Notes: generated by a model not told the origin, from the letters alone. DNA of 64,000 bases from Candidatus Methanomethylophilaceae archaeon (GCA_944320495.1 CALUHR010000013.1:448001-512000), one strand, 5' to 3'. Positions 30,334 through 39,935 are shown, counted from the stretch's first letter. Made by a program: numbers and translations.

Positions 30334-31332
30334 TCAGTCCCTCATGACGTGGACCTCGTCCGGTCTGAGGATCCCTTTCTCGGTGATGAACCCGGTCACG
30401 AGCTCCGCGGGGGTGACGTCGAACGCAGGGTTCAGCGCCTGGGAGCCCTCCGGGGCGATCCTGGCGCCGTTCATGACGCAGACCTCGTCCTGGGAGCGCT
30501 GCTCGATGACGATGTCCTTGCCCGACTCCATGGACAGGTCGAAGGTGGACACGGGCGCGGCGACGTAGAACGGGATGCCGAAGTGCTTCGCGACGATGGC
30601 CTTATCGAATGTCCCGATCTTGTTGGCGAAGTCCCCGTTGGCGGTGATCCTGTCCGCCCCGGTGATGATCATGTCGACGCCCTGGCTCATGTAATATGCG
30701 GACGCCCCGTCCGGGATGATCCTGTGCTCGATGCCCTCCTGCCACAGCTCCCAGGCGGTGAGCTGCATGCCCTGGAGGCGCGGTCTCGTTTCGGACACGT
30801 AGACGAAGAAGTCCCTGCCGGCGTCGTGCGCGTACCTCATGGGGGCGAGCGCGGTGCCGACGTCGACGGTGGCGAGGGCCCCGGCGTTGCAGTGGGTCAT
30901 CAGCTTCATGCCGTCCTCTATGAGCTCGCCGCCGTACCTGCCGATACTCCTGCACTTCTCGACGGTGGTCTCCGCATAGGTGTCAGCGGCCTTCACCGGG
31001 TCCTCGCCCTCGGCGAGCCTGGCGGACATCCAGTCCACGGCGTGGAAGAGGTCGTACGCGGTGGGGCGGGCGGCCTTGATGTCACTGGCGGCCCGGGCGA
31101 GGTCGTCCCCGTTCAGGGCCGCGAGGCACATGCCGTAGGCGGCGGAGGCCCCGATGGACGGCGCCCCGCGGGTGGTCATGTTCCTGATGGCCTCGGCCAC
31201 GTCGCGGTAGTCCCTGAACCCGACGATGCCGATCCTGGCCGGCAGCAGCCTCTGGTCGATCATGCGGACCTCACCGCCCTCGAACCAGACGGCCCTGATG
31301 TCCTTCCTGATTCCGTCTACGACAGCCTTCAT
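30334..31332 (-). CDS. mtnA: S-methyl-5-thioribose-1-phosphate isomerase
   Basis: RGAPSIG, ARPTA, THCNAGALAT, ETRPRLQG, NKIGT and NPAFDVTP motifs. Confidence 0.93.
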   Translation of the reverse strand: MKAVVDGIRKDIRAVWFEGGEVRMIDQRLLPARIGIVGFRDYRDVAEAIRNMTTRGAPSIGASAAYGMCLAALNGDDLARAASDIKAARPTAYDLFHAVDWMSARLAEGEDPVKAADTYAETTVEKCRSIGRYGGELIEDGMKLMTHCNAGALATVDVGTALAPMRYAHDAGRDFFVYVSETRPRLQGMQLTAWELWQEGIEHRIIPDGASAYYMSQGVDMIITGADRITANGDFANKIGTFDKAIVAKHFGIPFYVAAPVSTFDLSMESGKDIVIEQRSQDEVCVMNGARIAPEGSQALNPAFDVTPAELVTGFITEKGILRPDEVHVMRD

Positions 31333-31447
31333 GTTAACAACGGGGGAAGGTCGGGGACGTAGATAAGATGATGCCGATCCCCGTCCGTGCGAATCTCCAG
31401 TTCCATGATGCGTACAGTTTTTATCATTCGCAGGCATCACCCGGCTC

Positions 31448-32194
31448 ATGACCGACGGCCCACTCACAGACTTCGAGCTGTACTTCACCAAGAACGGACT
31501 GGTGCAGGTGTCGAACGACGTGAGGCGCCGCATCCTCCACGAGCTGGAGACGAAGGACCTGTCCCTCACAGACCTCTCCAAGATCCTCGGCAAGGCGCAG
31601 TCTACCCTTTCGGTACATCTGGACAAGATGGTCGACGAGAGCCTCATCGCCGTACACGACGATCCGGAGGACAGCAGGAGGAAGGTGTACTCCCTCGTGT
31701 CCATCATGCTCGCGTACTCCAAGCCCCCGTCGGACGACGCCATGACCATGGCGATGAAGGTCCTCACGGAGGTCGCGGATGACCCCATCGCGACGCGCAA
31801 CGCCCTGACCAAGTTCCTCTTCCTGGGGTTCGACGGGATGGGTCTTTCGGTGGAGCCCATGGCCACGATCCTGGGGTCCATACACGCTATGGCGCTGGGA
31901 GGGTTCCTCACGGGACCCACCATCGAGGACACGGTCGCCAACGCCAGGGACTACTACAAGAAGATGGGGTTCGGTGACGCCAGTGTGTTCTCCCTGAAAC
32001 CGCTGTCCATCACGATAAAGGACGACCTCTCGTTCTCGGCGGACGCCGCCAAGTCTCTCGGCAACTACGCCATCGGGTTCTTCAGCAAGGTCCTGGAGGA
32101 CGCCACAGGGAAGACCTACTCCGTCACATCGAGCGAGGTCTTCGGTCTCGACGGCAACTACTTCCGCTTCACCATCGAGCCCGTGAGCCAGCGA
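31448..32194 (+). CDS. ArsR-family HTH transcriptional regulator with a V4R-like C-terminal domain
   Basis: RRRILHEL...KAQSTLSVHLDKM...DSRRKVY winged HTH. Ends at CGA 32192-32194 (standard stop at 32857 would run through the whole convergent gene). Confidence 0.82.
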
Positions 32195-32824
32195 TCGCCT
32201 CGACGGTTCGAACGTCAGGAGGGCGCCGTTGCCCAGGGTCTCGCAGGAGACGAGCGTGAGCCTCATGCCTCCGTCGGCCACCCATCCGTCGCCGTCGCAG
32301 GGCGTGGGGGCGTCGCGGCCGCCGATGACGAGGCCTCCGACGAACACGGTGTACCTGTCCACCATGCCTGCTCTGAAGAACGACGATATCGTCTCGCCGC
32401 CGCCCTCCACGAGGACGTTCTCGACCCCCATGTCCGCGAGCTCCTTCATGACCTTCTCCAGGTCGATGCGGTCGGCGCCGGCGCGGATTATCTCCTCGCA
32501 GTCCCACTCGCGGTCGCAGCCCTCCAGGGTGACCATTATTGTCGGTGCCCTCTCGTCCAGGATCTTCGCTTCGTCCGGGGTCCTCCCGTGGGGGTCCAGA
32601 ACGATCCTGATGGGGTTGGTGTCGTAGTCCAGGTCCTTGAGCGTGAGATGCGGGTCGTCAGCGACGACGGTGCCGACGCCCACGAGTATGGCGTCGTATT
32701 TGCGCCTGAGCCCCTTGGCGCGGGCCTTGTCCTCCTCGGAGGAGATCGATACCTGGGTCCTGTCGTCCCCGGCGATCTTGCCGTCGGCGGACATGGCGCA
32801 GTTGACGTGTACGAAAGGTCTCAT
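32195..32824 (-). CDS. arfC: 2,5-diamino-6-ribosylamino-4(3H)-pyrimidinone 5'-phosphate reductase (RibD C-terminal family)
   Basis: AMSADGKIA, DAILVGVGTVVADDPHL and LVEGGGET motifs. Ends at CGA 32197-32195 (standard stop at 31424). Confidence 0.88.
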
Positions 32825-33858
32825 CTCTTCGCCCCCGGCGTGACTGTGAAACGATAGACGTCGTTGGTCCTCTCCACCCCGAACTTCACATCAAGGAAGG
32901 ACTCCAGCGTGTCCATCTGGCTCAGCAGGTGCCTGCTGATCCTGGAGACGTTGAACGAGCTCTCCCCGGTGGCCATGGCCATGTACGGGAGGAGCTGGTC
33001 GGCGGTGTGGACGTCCATGGTCGCACCGCTCTGCATCTCGCTGATGAGGTCCCTAGCGGCGTCCTTGCCGCTCCTCTCGGGCGACTGGCCCCTGGCGGAC
33101 AGGGCGTTGCTGCCGAGCATCCCGTTCTCGTACTCCGCGACGAGCACCAGTCCTGCTCCGCGGGAGTCCCCCTCGGTGCGTTGGACCTCGATGTCCACGT
33201 CGATGTCGGGTTCGAAGGCCTGCCTGCAGCTCTTCACCATGGCCTCGGGTATCCAGTCCGCCAGGCGCTGGCAGAAGCAGATCCCGCGGACCTGGACGAG
33301 CTCCCCGAGGGAGTCCAGCGCCAGCGGGGTTATGTCGCCTATGGGGTCTAGGGTGGCGATGACGCGCCCCCCGCCCTGGGGGTAGAAGCCCCTGTCGATG
33401 ATCTTGACGTCCGCGTTGATGCCCATGCGCCTCATCATAGGGAACAGCAGGGTCGAATAGGAGTCGATGGGCGGGGCCCACATGACGTTGGTCCCCCCGC
33501 TTATGTCGACGGTGAGCCTGCGGGTGTGGTTCCTCGCGGCCAGGAGCATCGCCTGCAGGACCAGGCTGATGCTTCCGGCGGAGCTGATGTTCACGTCGAT
33601 GTCGTACTCCTGCTCGGTCCCGGGGTAGAACTTGAGGTCCCCGGAGCCCATGGTGCACCCCTCCACGGTGGATCCGGCCATCCTGGCGACGGCCTTGACC
33701 GCGGCGACGTGCTGTCTGGAGAGTCCGTTGGTCGGTCTGTTCTCCCTTATGCGGGTGAGGTGTAGCGGTATGCCCGTGACGGTGGACATGGCTACCGACG
33801 TGCGGACCATCTGTCCCCCTCCCTCTCCGCGGGAGCCGTCTATCTCGAGCATATCCAT
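32821..33858 (-). CDS. rtcA: RNA 3'-terminal phosphate cyclase
   Basis: IDGSRGEGGGQMVR, GGTNVMWAP, RGFYPQGGG and DVHTADQLLPY motifs. Confidence 0.95.
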   Translation of the reverse strand: MDMLEIDGSRGEGGGQMVRTSVAMSTVTGIPLHLTRIRENRPTNGLSRQHVAAVKAVARMAGSTVEGCTMGSGDLKFYPGTEQEYDIDVNISSAGSISLVLQAMLLAARNHTRRLTVDISGGTNVMWAPPIDSYSTLLFPMMRRMGINADVKIIDRGFYPQGGGRVIATLDPIGDITPLALDSLGELVQVRGICFCQRLADWIPEAMVKSCRQAFEPDIDVDIEVQRTEGDSRGAGLVLVAEYENGMLGSNALSARGQSPERSGKDAARDLISEMQSGATMDVHTADQLLPYMAMATGESSFNVSRISRHLLSQMDTLESFLDVKFGVERTNDVYRFTVTPGAKR

Positions 33859-33926
33859 GCGACGGCGATTGGGGGCCGTTCTTTTAGGGGTTTCGATGGA
33901 TTCGAAACGGTGCAGAATTGGAGAGA

Positions 33927-34001
33927 TGGTGCGATTGCCGGGAATCGAACCCGGGTCAGAGGCTTGGGAAGCCCCCGTCCTAACCGCTAGACTACAATCG
34001 C
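33927..34001 (-). tRNA. tRNA-Gly(CCC)
   Basis: Minus strand GCGATTG...GGGGC-TTCCCAA-GCCTC...GGTTCGATTCC...CAATCGC-ACCA. Confidence 0.95.
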
Positions 34002-34093
34002 GCAGAGGCTCGAATACAGTCTACATATTTAATTGAGGCTGATGGCCCGTCCTGTGTTCTCTTTAAATACCAAATCCATCTATCGGAATCTGC

Positions 34094-34169
34094 GGGCTCG
34101 TGGTCTAGTGGTTATGACGTCGCCCTTACAAGGCGAAGGTCGCCGGTTCAATCCCGGCCGGGCCCACCA
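34094..34169 (+). tRNA. tRNA-Val(TAC)
   Basis: GGGCTCG acceptor stem, TCGCC-CTTACAA-GGCGA anticodon arm, encoded CCA. Confidence 0.95.
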
Positions 34170-34216
34170 CCTCATTCGTCACCAATAAATAGGGCGACCT
34201 GTTGCCCTGTCCTAAC

Positions 34217-34290
34217 GGACTCATGGTCTAGTTGGTTATGACGTCGCCTTCACACGGCGGAGGTCGCCGGTTCGAATCCGGCTGGGTCCA
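34217..34290 (+). tRNA. tRNA-Val(CAC)
   Basis: GGACTCA/TGGGTCC acceptor stem, TCGCC-TTCACAC-GGCGG anticodon arm, TTCGAAT T-loop; CCA not encoded. Confidence 0.93.
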
Positions 34291-34396
34291 CTCATGTTCT
34301 ACTCCCGATGATTCCGTCCCTACTTCACGTTCATCGGTCTGCGTTATCAACCCTGGGTGATATGCCGCATATGCCGGGTCCAGAGGCCCGGATCCC

Positions 34397-35575
34397 ATGA
34401 GACAGTCGATCCTCGCCGCAACCGCATCGCTGATTCTAGCGATGTCCATCCTGTTCCCGTCCGTCTCGGCCGACGCATACCAGTCCGCCCAGGACCGGTA
34501 TGAATCCGCGATGGGGGACCTGATCGCGACAGCTGTGCTCGTCGTGGTCCTCATCATCGTCATGGTCGCCGTGACCATCGTCTACAAGCGTCGCGTGCTC
34601 GATCCGATGAGGCCTGCATCGGGAGGCTTCATGGCCGGTGTCAACGACGACGTCCACGGAGGTCACGCCGAGGGCGGCGACATCGTCCTGTCCCGCAGTC
34701 TCGGAGGCGGCAGGTTCCCTGCTGTGGTGCTGGACGAGGCCTCGATCGGTGCCGTGCCCCCAGGATCGTTCAGGCTCGTCCTCCAGCCCGTCACGGTCGG
34801 AGGGAAACCTCGCGACGAGCCTCTGATCTCGTCATCCGACATATCCGCAGACCTGGTTCGCGACATCCTCTCGCTGGAGGGGGCCAGCGGGACGCTGAGC
34901 GTGTACACCCCCGACCGCGGGGACGCCCGCTCGGCCATGGAGGCCGCCATCGGATCGGAGCCGACAGAGTACGGTTTCTCGGCAGGCATGCTGTCGAAGG
35001 ACCTCAGCAACTTCCGCAGATGCGGAGGGAAGGCCGTGTCAGGGCCGATGTGCCTCTTCGGACAGGTGCTGCCTGCAGAGGGCGATGAGGCGAGGGGTCG
35101 CATGATGGACCAGTCCTTGGGTTTCCATGTAGTCGGTGACAAGGTCGTCAGACTCTCGGAGGATCTGGGAGGTATCGAAGCGGAGATGCGCGACATCGGT
35201 GCCGATTCGTTCGATGGCGCGGTCCCGGGGTCGTTCTACCTGCTGGTGGACCTCAAGGGCGTCTCGAAGACCGTCGGCGAGGCGGTCGAGGGCGCGATGA
35301 TGTCCGTCGATCCGGTCCCGTACCGCGTGGCCCTCGCGGTATGCTCCGACACGTCCCGTACGGGGGTCCTGTCGGTCTACACGCCGGAACGTGCGGATGC
35401 GGAGGGGATCATGAGGGAGGCGTCCGGAGGGGAGGACCCGTACGAGGCGAGGAGTCCGAGGAGGATGCTGAGCTTCGACGCCGCCTGTCTGGTGCGGAGG
35501 TCCGCCATGTCCGACTCCCCCAGGGCGGTCTACGGGCCCATGAGGGGCGATACGTCCGGTTACGACGACGCATAA
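34397..35575 (+). CDS. membrane-anchored hypothetical protein with an internal domain duplication
   Basis: Signal-like N-terminus plus a TM helix, then two similar units (GAVPPGSF...TLSVYTPDR and GAVPGSF...VLSVYTPER); TAA stop. Confidence 0.7.
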   Translation: MRQSILAATASLILAMSILFPSVSADAYQSAQDRYESAMGDLIATAVLVVVLIIVMVAVTIVYKRRVLDPMRPASGGFMAGVNDDVHGGHAEGGDIVLSRSLGGGRFPAVVLDEASIGAVPPGSFRLVLQPVTVGGKPRDEPLISSSDISADLVRDILSLEGASGTLSVYTPDRGDARSAMEAAIGSEPTEYGFSAGMLSKDLSNFRRCGGKAVSGPMCLFGQVLPAEGDEARGRMMDQSLGFHVVGDKVVRLSEDLGGIEAEMRDIGADSFDGAVPGSFYLLVDLKGVSKTVGEAVEGAMMSVDPVPYRVALAVCSDTSRTGVLSVYTPERADAEGIMREASGGEDPYEARSPRRMLSFDAACLVRRSAMSDSPRAVYGPMRGDTSGYDDA

Positions 35576-35606
35576 CGCTTAACCCCACCTAGGCGATTCC
35601 CGCCCG

Positions 35607-37007
35607 ATGGCACAGATTTCGGAAGCGAAAATACCCGAGACCCAGAGGACCGAGGAGGGCAGGCTCTTCGAGAAGGAGTTCGACACCGTCCTCGGCGGGG
35701 AGAAGAGGGACTACCCCTGCTACATCGGAGGGCTCAAGATCGGGTCCGGCAACCTGTTCTACCTGTGCAGCCCGGTCGACGAGTCGATCCGCTACGGCTC
35801 ATTCCAGGAGCCCGAGGCTGGCACCATGAGAGCCGCCGTCGCCGAGGCCGGCAAGAAGGTCTCCGAGTGGTCCCGTGTCCCGGCGGAGAAGCGCGCCTCG
35901 TACTTCGTCCCGTATCTGAACGGGCTGAAGGCCAGGAGGATGCACTACGCCGCGCTCGTCTCCGTGGCCTCCGGCATGGTCCGCGAGGACGCGCTGTTTG
36001 AGGTGGACTCGCTCATCTCCGCGCTGGAGAAGCTCATCGCGGACTCCCCCTCCTTCAAGGGGAGGAAGTCCGGGGTCTGGGCCGTGATCACCCAGCACAA
36101 CTCCCCGCTCGCGTCCCCCGTCGCGTATGCGGTCGGGGCGATGATCGCCGGGAACGCGGTCGTCATGAACCCGTCGAACACGTGCCCCATGCCGATATAC
36201 GACTTCTACTCCACCACGGAGCGCAGCGGTCTCCCAGGAGGGGTCCTGAACCTCGTGGTCGACCGCAACGAGTACGAGTCGACCCAGGAGCTGGCCAACG
36301 ACATGTCGCTCCGCGGCGTCGTGGCCTCCGGATCAGGCGACAGGATGGAGGACATGATGTTCCTCCAGATCGACGACGAGCTCCGCTTCGTCAACAACCT
36401 CAAGGGCATGAGCCCGTGCATCGTCTACCGTCCCGGGGACATGAAGGCGGCTGCCAGGATGATCCTGGAGTCCGCGTTCGCCTACAGCGGCCAGAGGATC
36501 CACTCCTGCTCCAAGGTCATCGTCACCATGGACGAGCAGAAGCAGCTGGTGGACGCCCTCGTGGAGAGGATGAAGGACCTCGTCGTGGGGGACCCCGTCC
36601 TCGACACGACCTTCACCGGCCCCGTCATAAGCATGGAGGCGGCCGAGAGGTTCTCCGAGCTCGCCCTGGAGAACGCAGCGTTCACGATATCCAAGGCCCC
36701 CAGGTGCATGGAGCCCAACGCGGCCAACTACGTGTCCCCGTTCATCGTCTCCGGACTGGACGAGGAGAACGAGCTGGACTTCATGGACTCCGGGCTCCCG
36801 ATCCTGGACGTCAAGGTGGTCCCGGACCTGGAGGGCGCCTTCGAGGAGCTCTCCAACACCGAGTGCGGCATGTCCGCGGGGATCTTCTCGAAGAACGCCG
36901 AGGCCATCGCGAGGCTCAAGAGCGACTGCGATGCGCCGGTGAAATACGTAAACGAGAGCACGAGGCGCCTCAGTCCCGTGGTCGGTCTCGAGCTCGACAG
37001 GTTCTGA
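35607..37007 (+). CDS. aldehyde dehydrogenase-fold protein (RocA/P5C-dehydrogenase-like) with degenerate catalytic residues
   Basis: YPCYIGG, MIAGNAVVMNPS, GGVLNLV and SAFAYSGQRIHSCS motifs. Confidence 0.85.
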   Translation: MAQISEAKIPETQRTEEGRLFEKEFDTVLGGEKRDYPCYIGGLKIGSGNLFYLCSPVDESIRYGSFQEPEAGTMRAAVAEAGKKVSEWSRVPAEKRASYFVPYLNGLKARRMHYAALVSVASGMVREDALFEVDSLISALEKLIADSPSFKGRKSGVWAVITQHNSPLASPVAYAVGAMIAGNAVVMNPSNTCPMPIYDFYSTTERSGLPGGVLNLVVDRNEYESTQELANDMSLRGVVASGSGDRMEDMMFLQIDDELRFVNNLKGMSPCIVYRPGDMKAAARMILESAFAYSGQRIHSCSKVIVTMDEQKQLVDALVERMKDLVVGDPVLDTTFTGPVISMEAAERFSELALENAAFTISKAPRCMEPNAANYVSPFIVSGLDEENELDFMDSGLPILDVKVVPDLEGAFEELSNTECGMSAGIFSKNAEAIARLKSDCDAPVKYVNESTRRLSPVVGLELDRF

Positions 37008-37586
37008 TCGGCCGACGCGGACGTTCCTGGCGCGTCCCCTCAGGGACTTCGCCAGGGCGTCCAACCTCTTCCTGTCGTACCCGGGGGCCGGTCTCGCCGG
37101 CATCCGGAGCAGGAACATCCCGTATCCCTCGACGGAATCCGCCGCCTCGAGGACCGTCTCCTCGGTCGTCCTCTCGTACAGGCGGACGATGGCGTCGAAG
37201 GTCCCTCCGTTCTCCTCGGCGATGCGGATGCTCCTGCGCTGGTCTCCGTCGGCGGCCCCGTCCATCAGGAGGCCGATGCCGGTGGCGTATCCCGCGCCGA
37301 TGAGGTCGTCCAGCTCGTCCGGATGCCTTCCGGACGTCTCGATGATGACGGGCAGCCCCCTGGGGCGGACGGTCTTGATGAGTCTGTGGATTCCGGGGAG
37401 CTCCTCAGGGTCCCCGTCGAGGCGGCGGACCACCATGGCGTCCACGATGTCGGTGTCGCGGGCTGTGACGGCGGCCACCGCATCCGGGTCCTCGCCCGGT
37501 CCGTCGGATCCATCGACTATGAGGACGCTCACCTGTCTGCCGGGCCATGCGACCATGTCGGTCCTGGAGAACGATGCTATGCGCAT
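37008..37586 (-). CDS. NrdG/PflA activase-like protein lacking the CxxxCxxC motif
   Basis: MRIASFSRTDMVAWPG N-terminus and IETSG motif resemble anaerobic RNR activases, but the protein has no cluster Cys. Ends at CGA 37010-37008, abutting the convergent TGA (standard stop at 36333). Confidence 0.6.
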
Positions 37587-37590
37587 GCCG

Positions 37591-38247
37591 TCACGCAGAG
37601 AAGTTGGAGATGAGCGAGTCCAGGACCTCGCACCCCTGCGGGTCCAGGTCGTCCAATACGGCCAGCCGTCCGCCGCGCATGACCGATACCGAAGCCATCG
37701 CGAGGGCGTACTCTCCGGACCATGCACGGACCACGAGAGGTCTGTCCGCGGACGGGATGCGGGCGGCGAGCCTGCGCATTGCGACGGTGGACTCCAGGCA
37801 CTGCTTCATGTTCCTGACCATGGGGTTGAGCATGATGTCCCGGCAACCTCCGGCCTCCGCGGCCGAGGAGAGCTCCATCAGGCCGTTCAGGCTCTCGCAG
37901 GACAGGATGACGGGTGCGCCGAGCGTCGAGGCCATCACCGCCAGGGCCATTTGGTCCCCGTTCTGGGAGCACAGGACGGGCTCGGAGCAGGGGATCGCCG
38001 ATGCGGCCGCCGCAAGGTTGCCGACGTCATCTGACTCCAGCACTATCCCGAGCCCGGTTCCGGAGGCGGCGAGCGCGGCCGCGGTCAGCATCCCAGCGTC
38101 CATCGCGTCGTCCCTCACGCATATGAGTCCGAGGGACGGCGTAACGGAGGCGATCGTGGCTATGCGTGCCACGCGCTCCGCCATCGAGTCCTCGTCCATG
38201 GCATCGGACACCGACAGCGCGAAGGACGCCCTCTCGAAGGATGTCAT
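37591..38247 (-). CDS. truncated corrinoid Fe-S protein gamma subunit (CdhE/AcsC)-like protein
   Basis: FALSVSDAM...LICVRD...PVILSC...DIMLNP pattern; ATG overlaps the upstream TGA. The family call is from memory of sequence pattern only. Confidence 0.5.
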   Translation of the reverse strand: MTSFERASFALSVSDAMDEDSMAERVARIATIASVTPSLGLICVRDDAMDAGMLTAAALAASGTGLGIVLESDDVGNLAAAASAIPCSEPVLCSQNGDQMALAVMASTLGAPVILSCESLNGLMELSSAAEAGGCRDIMLNPMVRNMKQCLESTVAMRRLAARIPSADRPLVVRAWSGEYALAMASVSVMRGGRLAVLDDLDPQGCEVLDSLISNFSA

Positions 38248-38981
38248 AGGTCCGCCAGCTCCTCCCCGTACACGCGGGCCATGTCTGCCGCGCCGGGGCC
38301 TCTCACGATCATCAGGTCGGCGCCCGACAGCATCGCCGCGAGCGCGGCCTCTCCCTCGATCATGGACGCGGAGCGCTCGTCCGTGAAGCCGTCGTCCCAC
38401 ACAGGGGTGACGTCGAACGCGATGGGCGCGTCGCAGTACGCGTCCCCGTCCAGCGCGCGGTTCCTGATGGATGCGGCCTCCGAGAACGCGTCAGGCTCCG
38501 GGAACCTCCCCGTCACCAGGTGCATCCTGTTCGGCCCCTCCGCGATCCCGGACCCGAACGTCATGGCGCGGACGTGCCCGTCATCCCCGGGGGACGCGTC
38601 CATGAGGATCAGGACGGTGCCGTCGATGTCCGCGCACGCGTCCACCGCCTCCCTGGGGCCGGATACGGCCACGGGGAGCCCGGTCCTGATGGCGACCGCC
38701 GCGACGACCATCGAGTCGTCGGGGTCCCGAACGCGAACGCACACGCCGTCCGCGCCGATCTCCCTCCACATCATCGCCCAGTCGCCCGGATTGGACGTCC
38801 TGCCCGAGAACATGGAGCGAACGAGGGGGTCCTCCGGCTCATGGCACAGGACCTCCCCCAGCACCATGGGCCTGCGCCTCCTGGCGCCGTCCTGCTCGAG
38901 GAACGGTTCGGTGCACGCCCCTCCGGCAGCGTAGTCGCCCCTGCCGAGGACGACCTCGGCCAGCTGTCTCCTCCTGCTCAT
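38244..38981 (-). CDS. truncated corrinoid Fe-S protein delta subunit (CdhD/AcsD)-like protein
   Basis: LAEVVLGRG...EPFL...EV and WAMMWREIGADGVCVR...MLSGADLMIVRGP resemble CdhD motifs. Confidence 0.6.
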   Translation of the reverse strand: MSRRRQLAEVVLGRGDYAAGGACTEPFLEQDGARRRRPMVLGEVLCHEPEDPLVRSMFSGRTSNPGDWAMMWREIGADGVCVRVRDPDDSMVVAAVAIRTGLPVAVSGPREAVDACADIDGTVLILMDASPGDDGHVRAMTFGSGIAEGPNRMHLVTGRFPEPDAFSEAASIRNRALDGDAYCDAPIAFDVTPVWDDGFTDERSASMIEGEAALAAMLSGADLMIVRGPGAADMARVYGEELADL

Positions 38982-39886
38982 CTGAACTCGGAGAACTCCT
39001 TGAGGGTGTACACGCCGTTGAGCCCCTCGATGCTGCTCGGGAGGCGGTCACGGATCTCGTCGAACGTTAGGTCGCTCTTGCCGATGTCCATGACCAGCTC
39101 CAGGTACATGGTCTCGTAGCAGATCTTGACCTTGCTGAACACGGAGATGAGGTTGATGTTCCATCCCGCGATGACGTCCAGGACCTGTCCGATGCCTCCG
39201 GGGCAGTCGGGCATCTCCAGACCGGCCTTGACGAGCCTGGTCCCCTCCTTGAAGAACGTCACGGAGAGGATCCACGAGTCGGCGTCCATCGTGATCAGGA
39301 CGTTCTTGCCGTCGATGTCCCTGAGGATGTCGCCGTACTGGTCGGCCACATTGAAGAGGCCGTCGCGGATGACGGTCGGGTAGCCCCTTTTGATCTCCTC
39401 CTTGCCTCCGTTGCCGGTGGCCCCCTTGAAGAGCCTGCCGATGTCCGCCGGCTTGATGTCGATGCGCCTGATCTTCGAGACGGACGGGTCCCCGGAGGCC
39501 TTGAGGTTCTCGAAGGTCTCCCTGAGGATGTCGGCCTCGCCGGCGAAGTTCATGTCGGCCATGAGCTTCCAGACGATGACCGTGTCGGATATCCCGTTGA
39601 GGGATACGGAGTTCAGGATGTTGATCTCGCGGGATGCCAGGAACTCGGACGCCTGGGCGCTGGAGCCCGGGACGTCGTCGAGGTACATCGTGATGTGCGT
39701 GAGCGTCCTGTAGTTCTCCTGCGGGAAGACCGAGAGGATGATCTCGTAGTCCTTGGGTCCCTCCGCCGGGTGCTTGAAAAGGGTGCTGTACACCACGCCG
39801 CCGTCGACGAGGCCCATGGTGTCCGACATCCAGCTGTCCATCCTGATGGACGAGCCCTCTGCCTTGGCGAACTCCCATATCTTCAT
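38978..39886 (-). CDS. ACT-domain-containing protein
   Basis: Two ACT-like units (DDVPGSSAQASEFLASREINIL and DCPGGIGQVLDVIAGWNINL). Confidence 0.7.
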   Translation of the reverse strand: MKIWEFAKAEGSSIRMDSWMSDTMGLVDGGVVYSTLFKHPAEGPKDYEIILSVFPQENYRTLTHITMYLDDVPGSSAQASEFLASREINILNSVSLNGISDTVIVWKLMADMNFAGEADILRETFENLKASGDPSVSKIRRIDIKPADIGRLFKGATGNGGKEEIKRGYPTVIRDGLFNVADQYGDILRDIDGKNVLITMDADSWILSVTFFKEGTRLVKAGLEMPDCPGGIGQVLDVIAGWNINLISVFSKVKICYETMYLELVMDIGKSDLTFDEIRDRLPSSIEGLNGVYTLKEFSEFR

Positions 39887-39935
39887 TGGCTACGACCATC
39901 GCGGGTATCGACATTAAGGTTGCGCCGAGGCCCCT

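Noticed and set aside
33891-33909. Small hairpin GTTTCGA-TGGAT-TCGAAAC between tRNA-Gly and rtcA
   Set aside because: The stem is short and AT-rich. It may be a tRNA trailer signal but is too weak to call.
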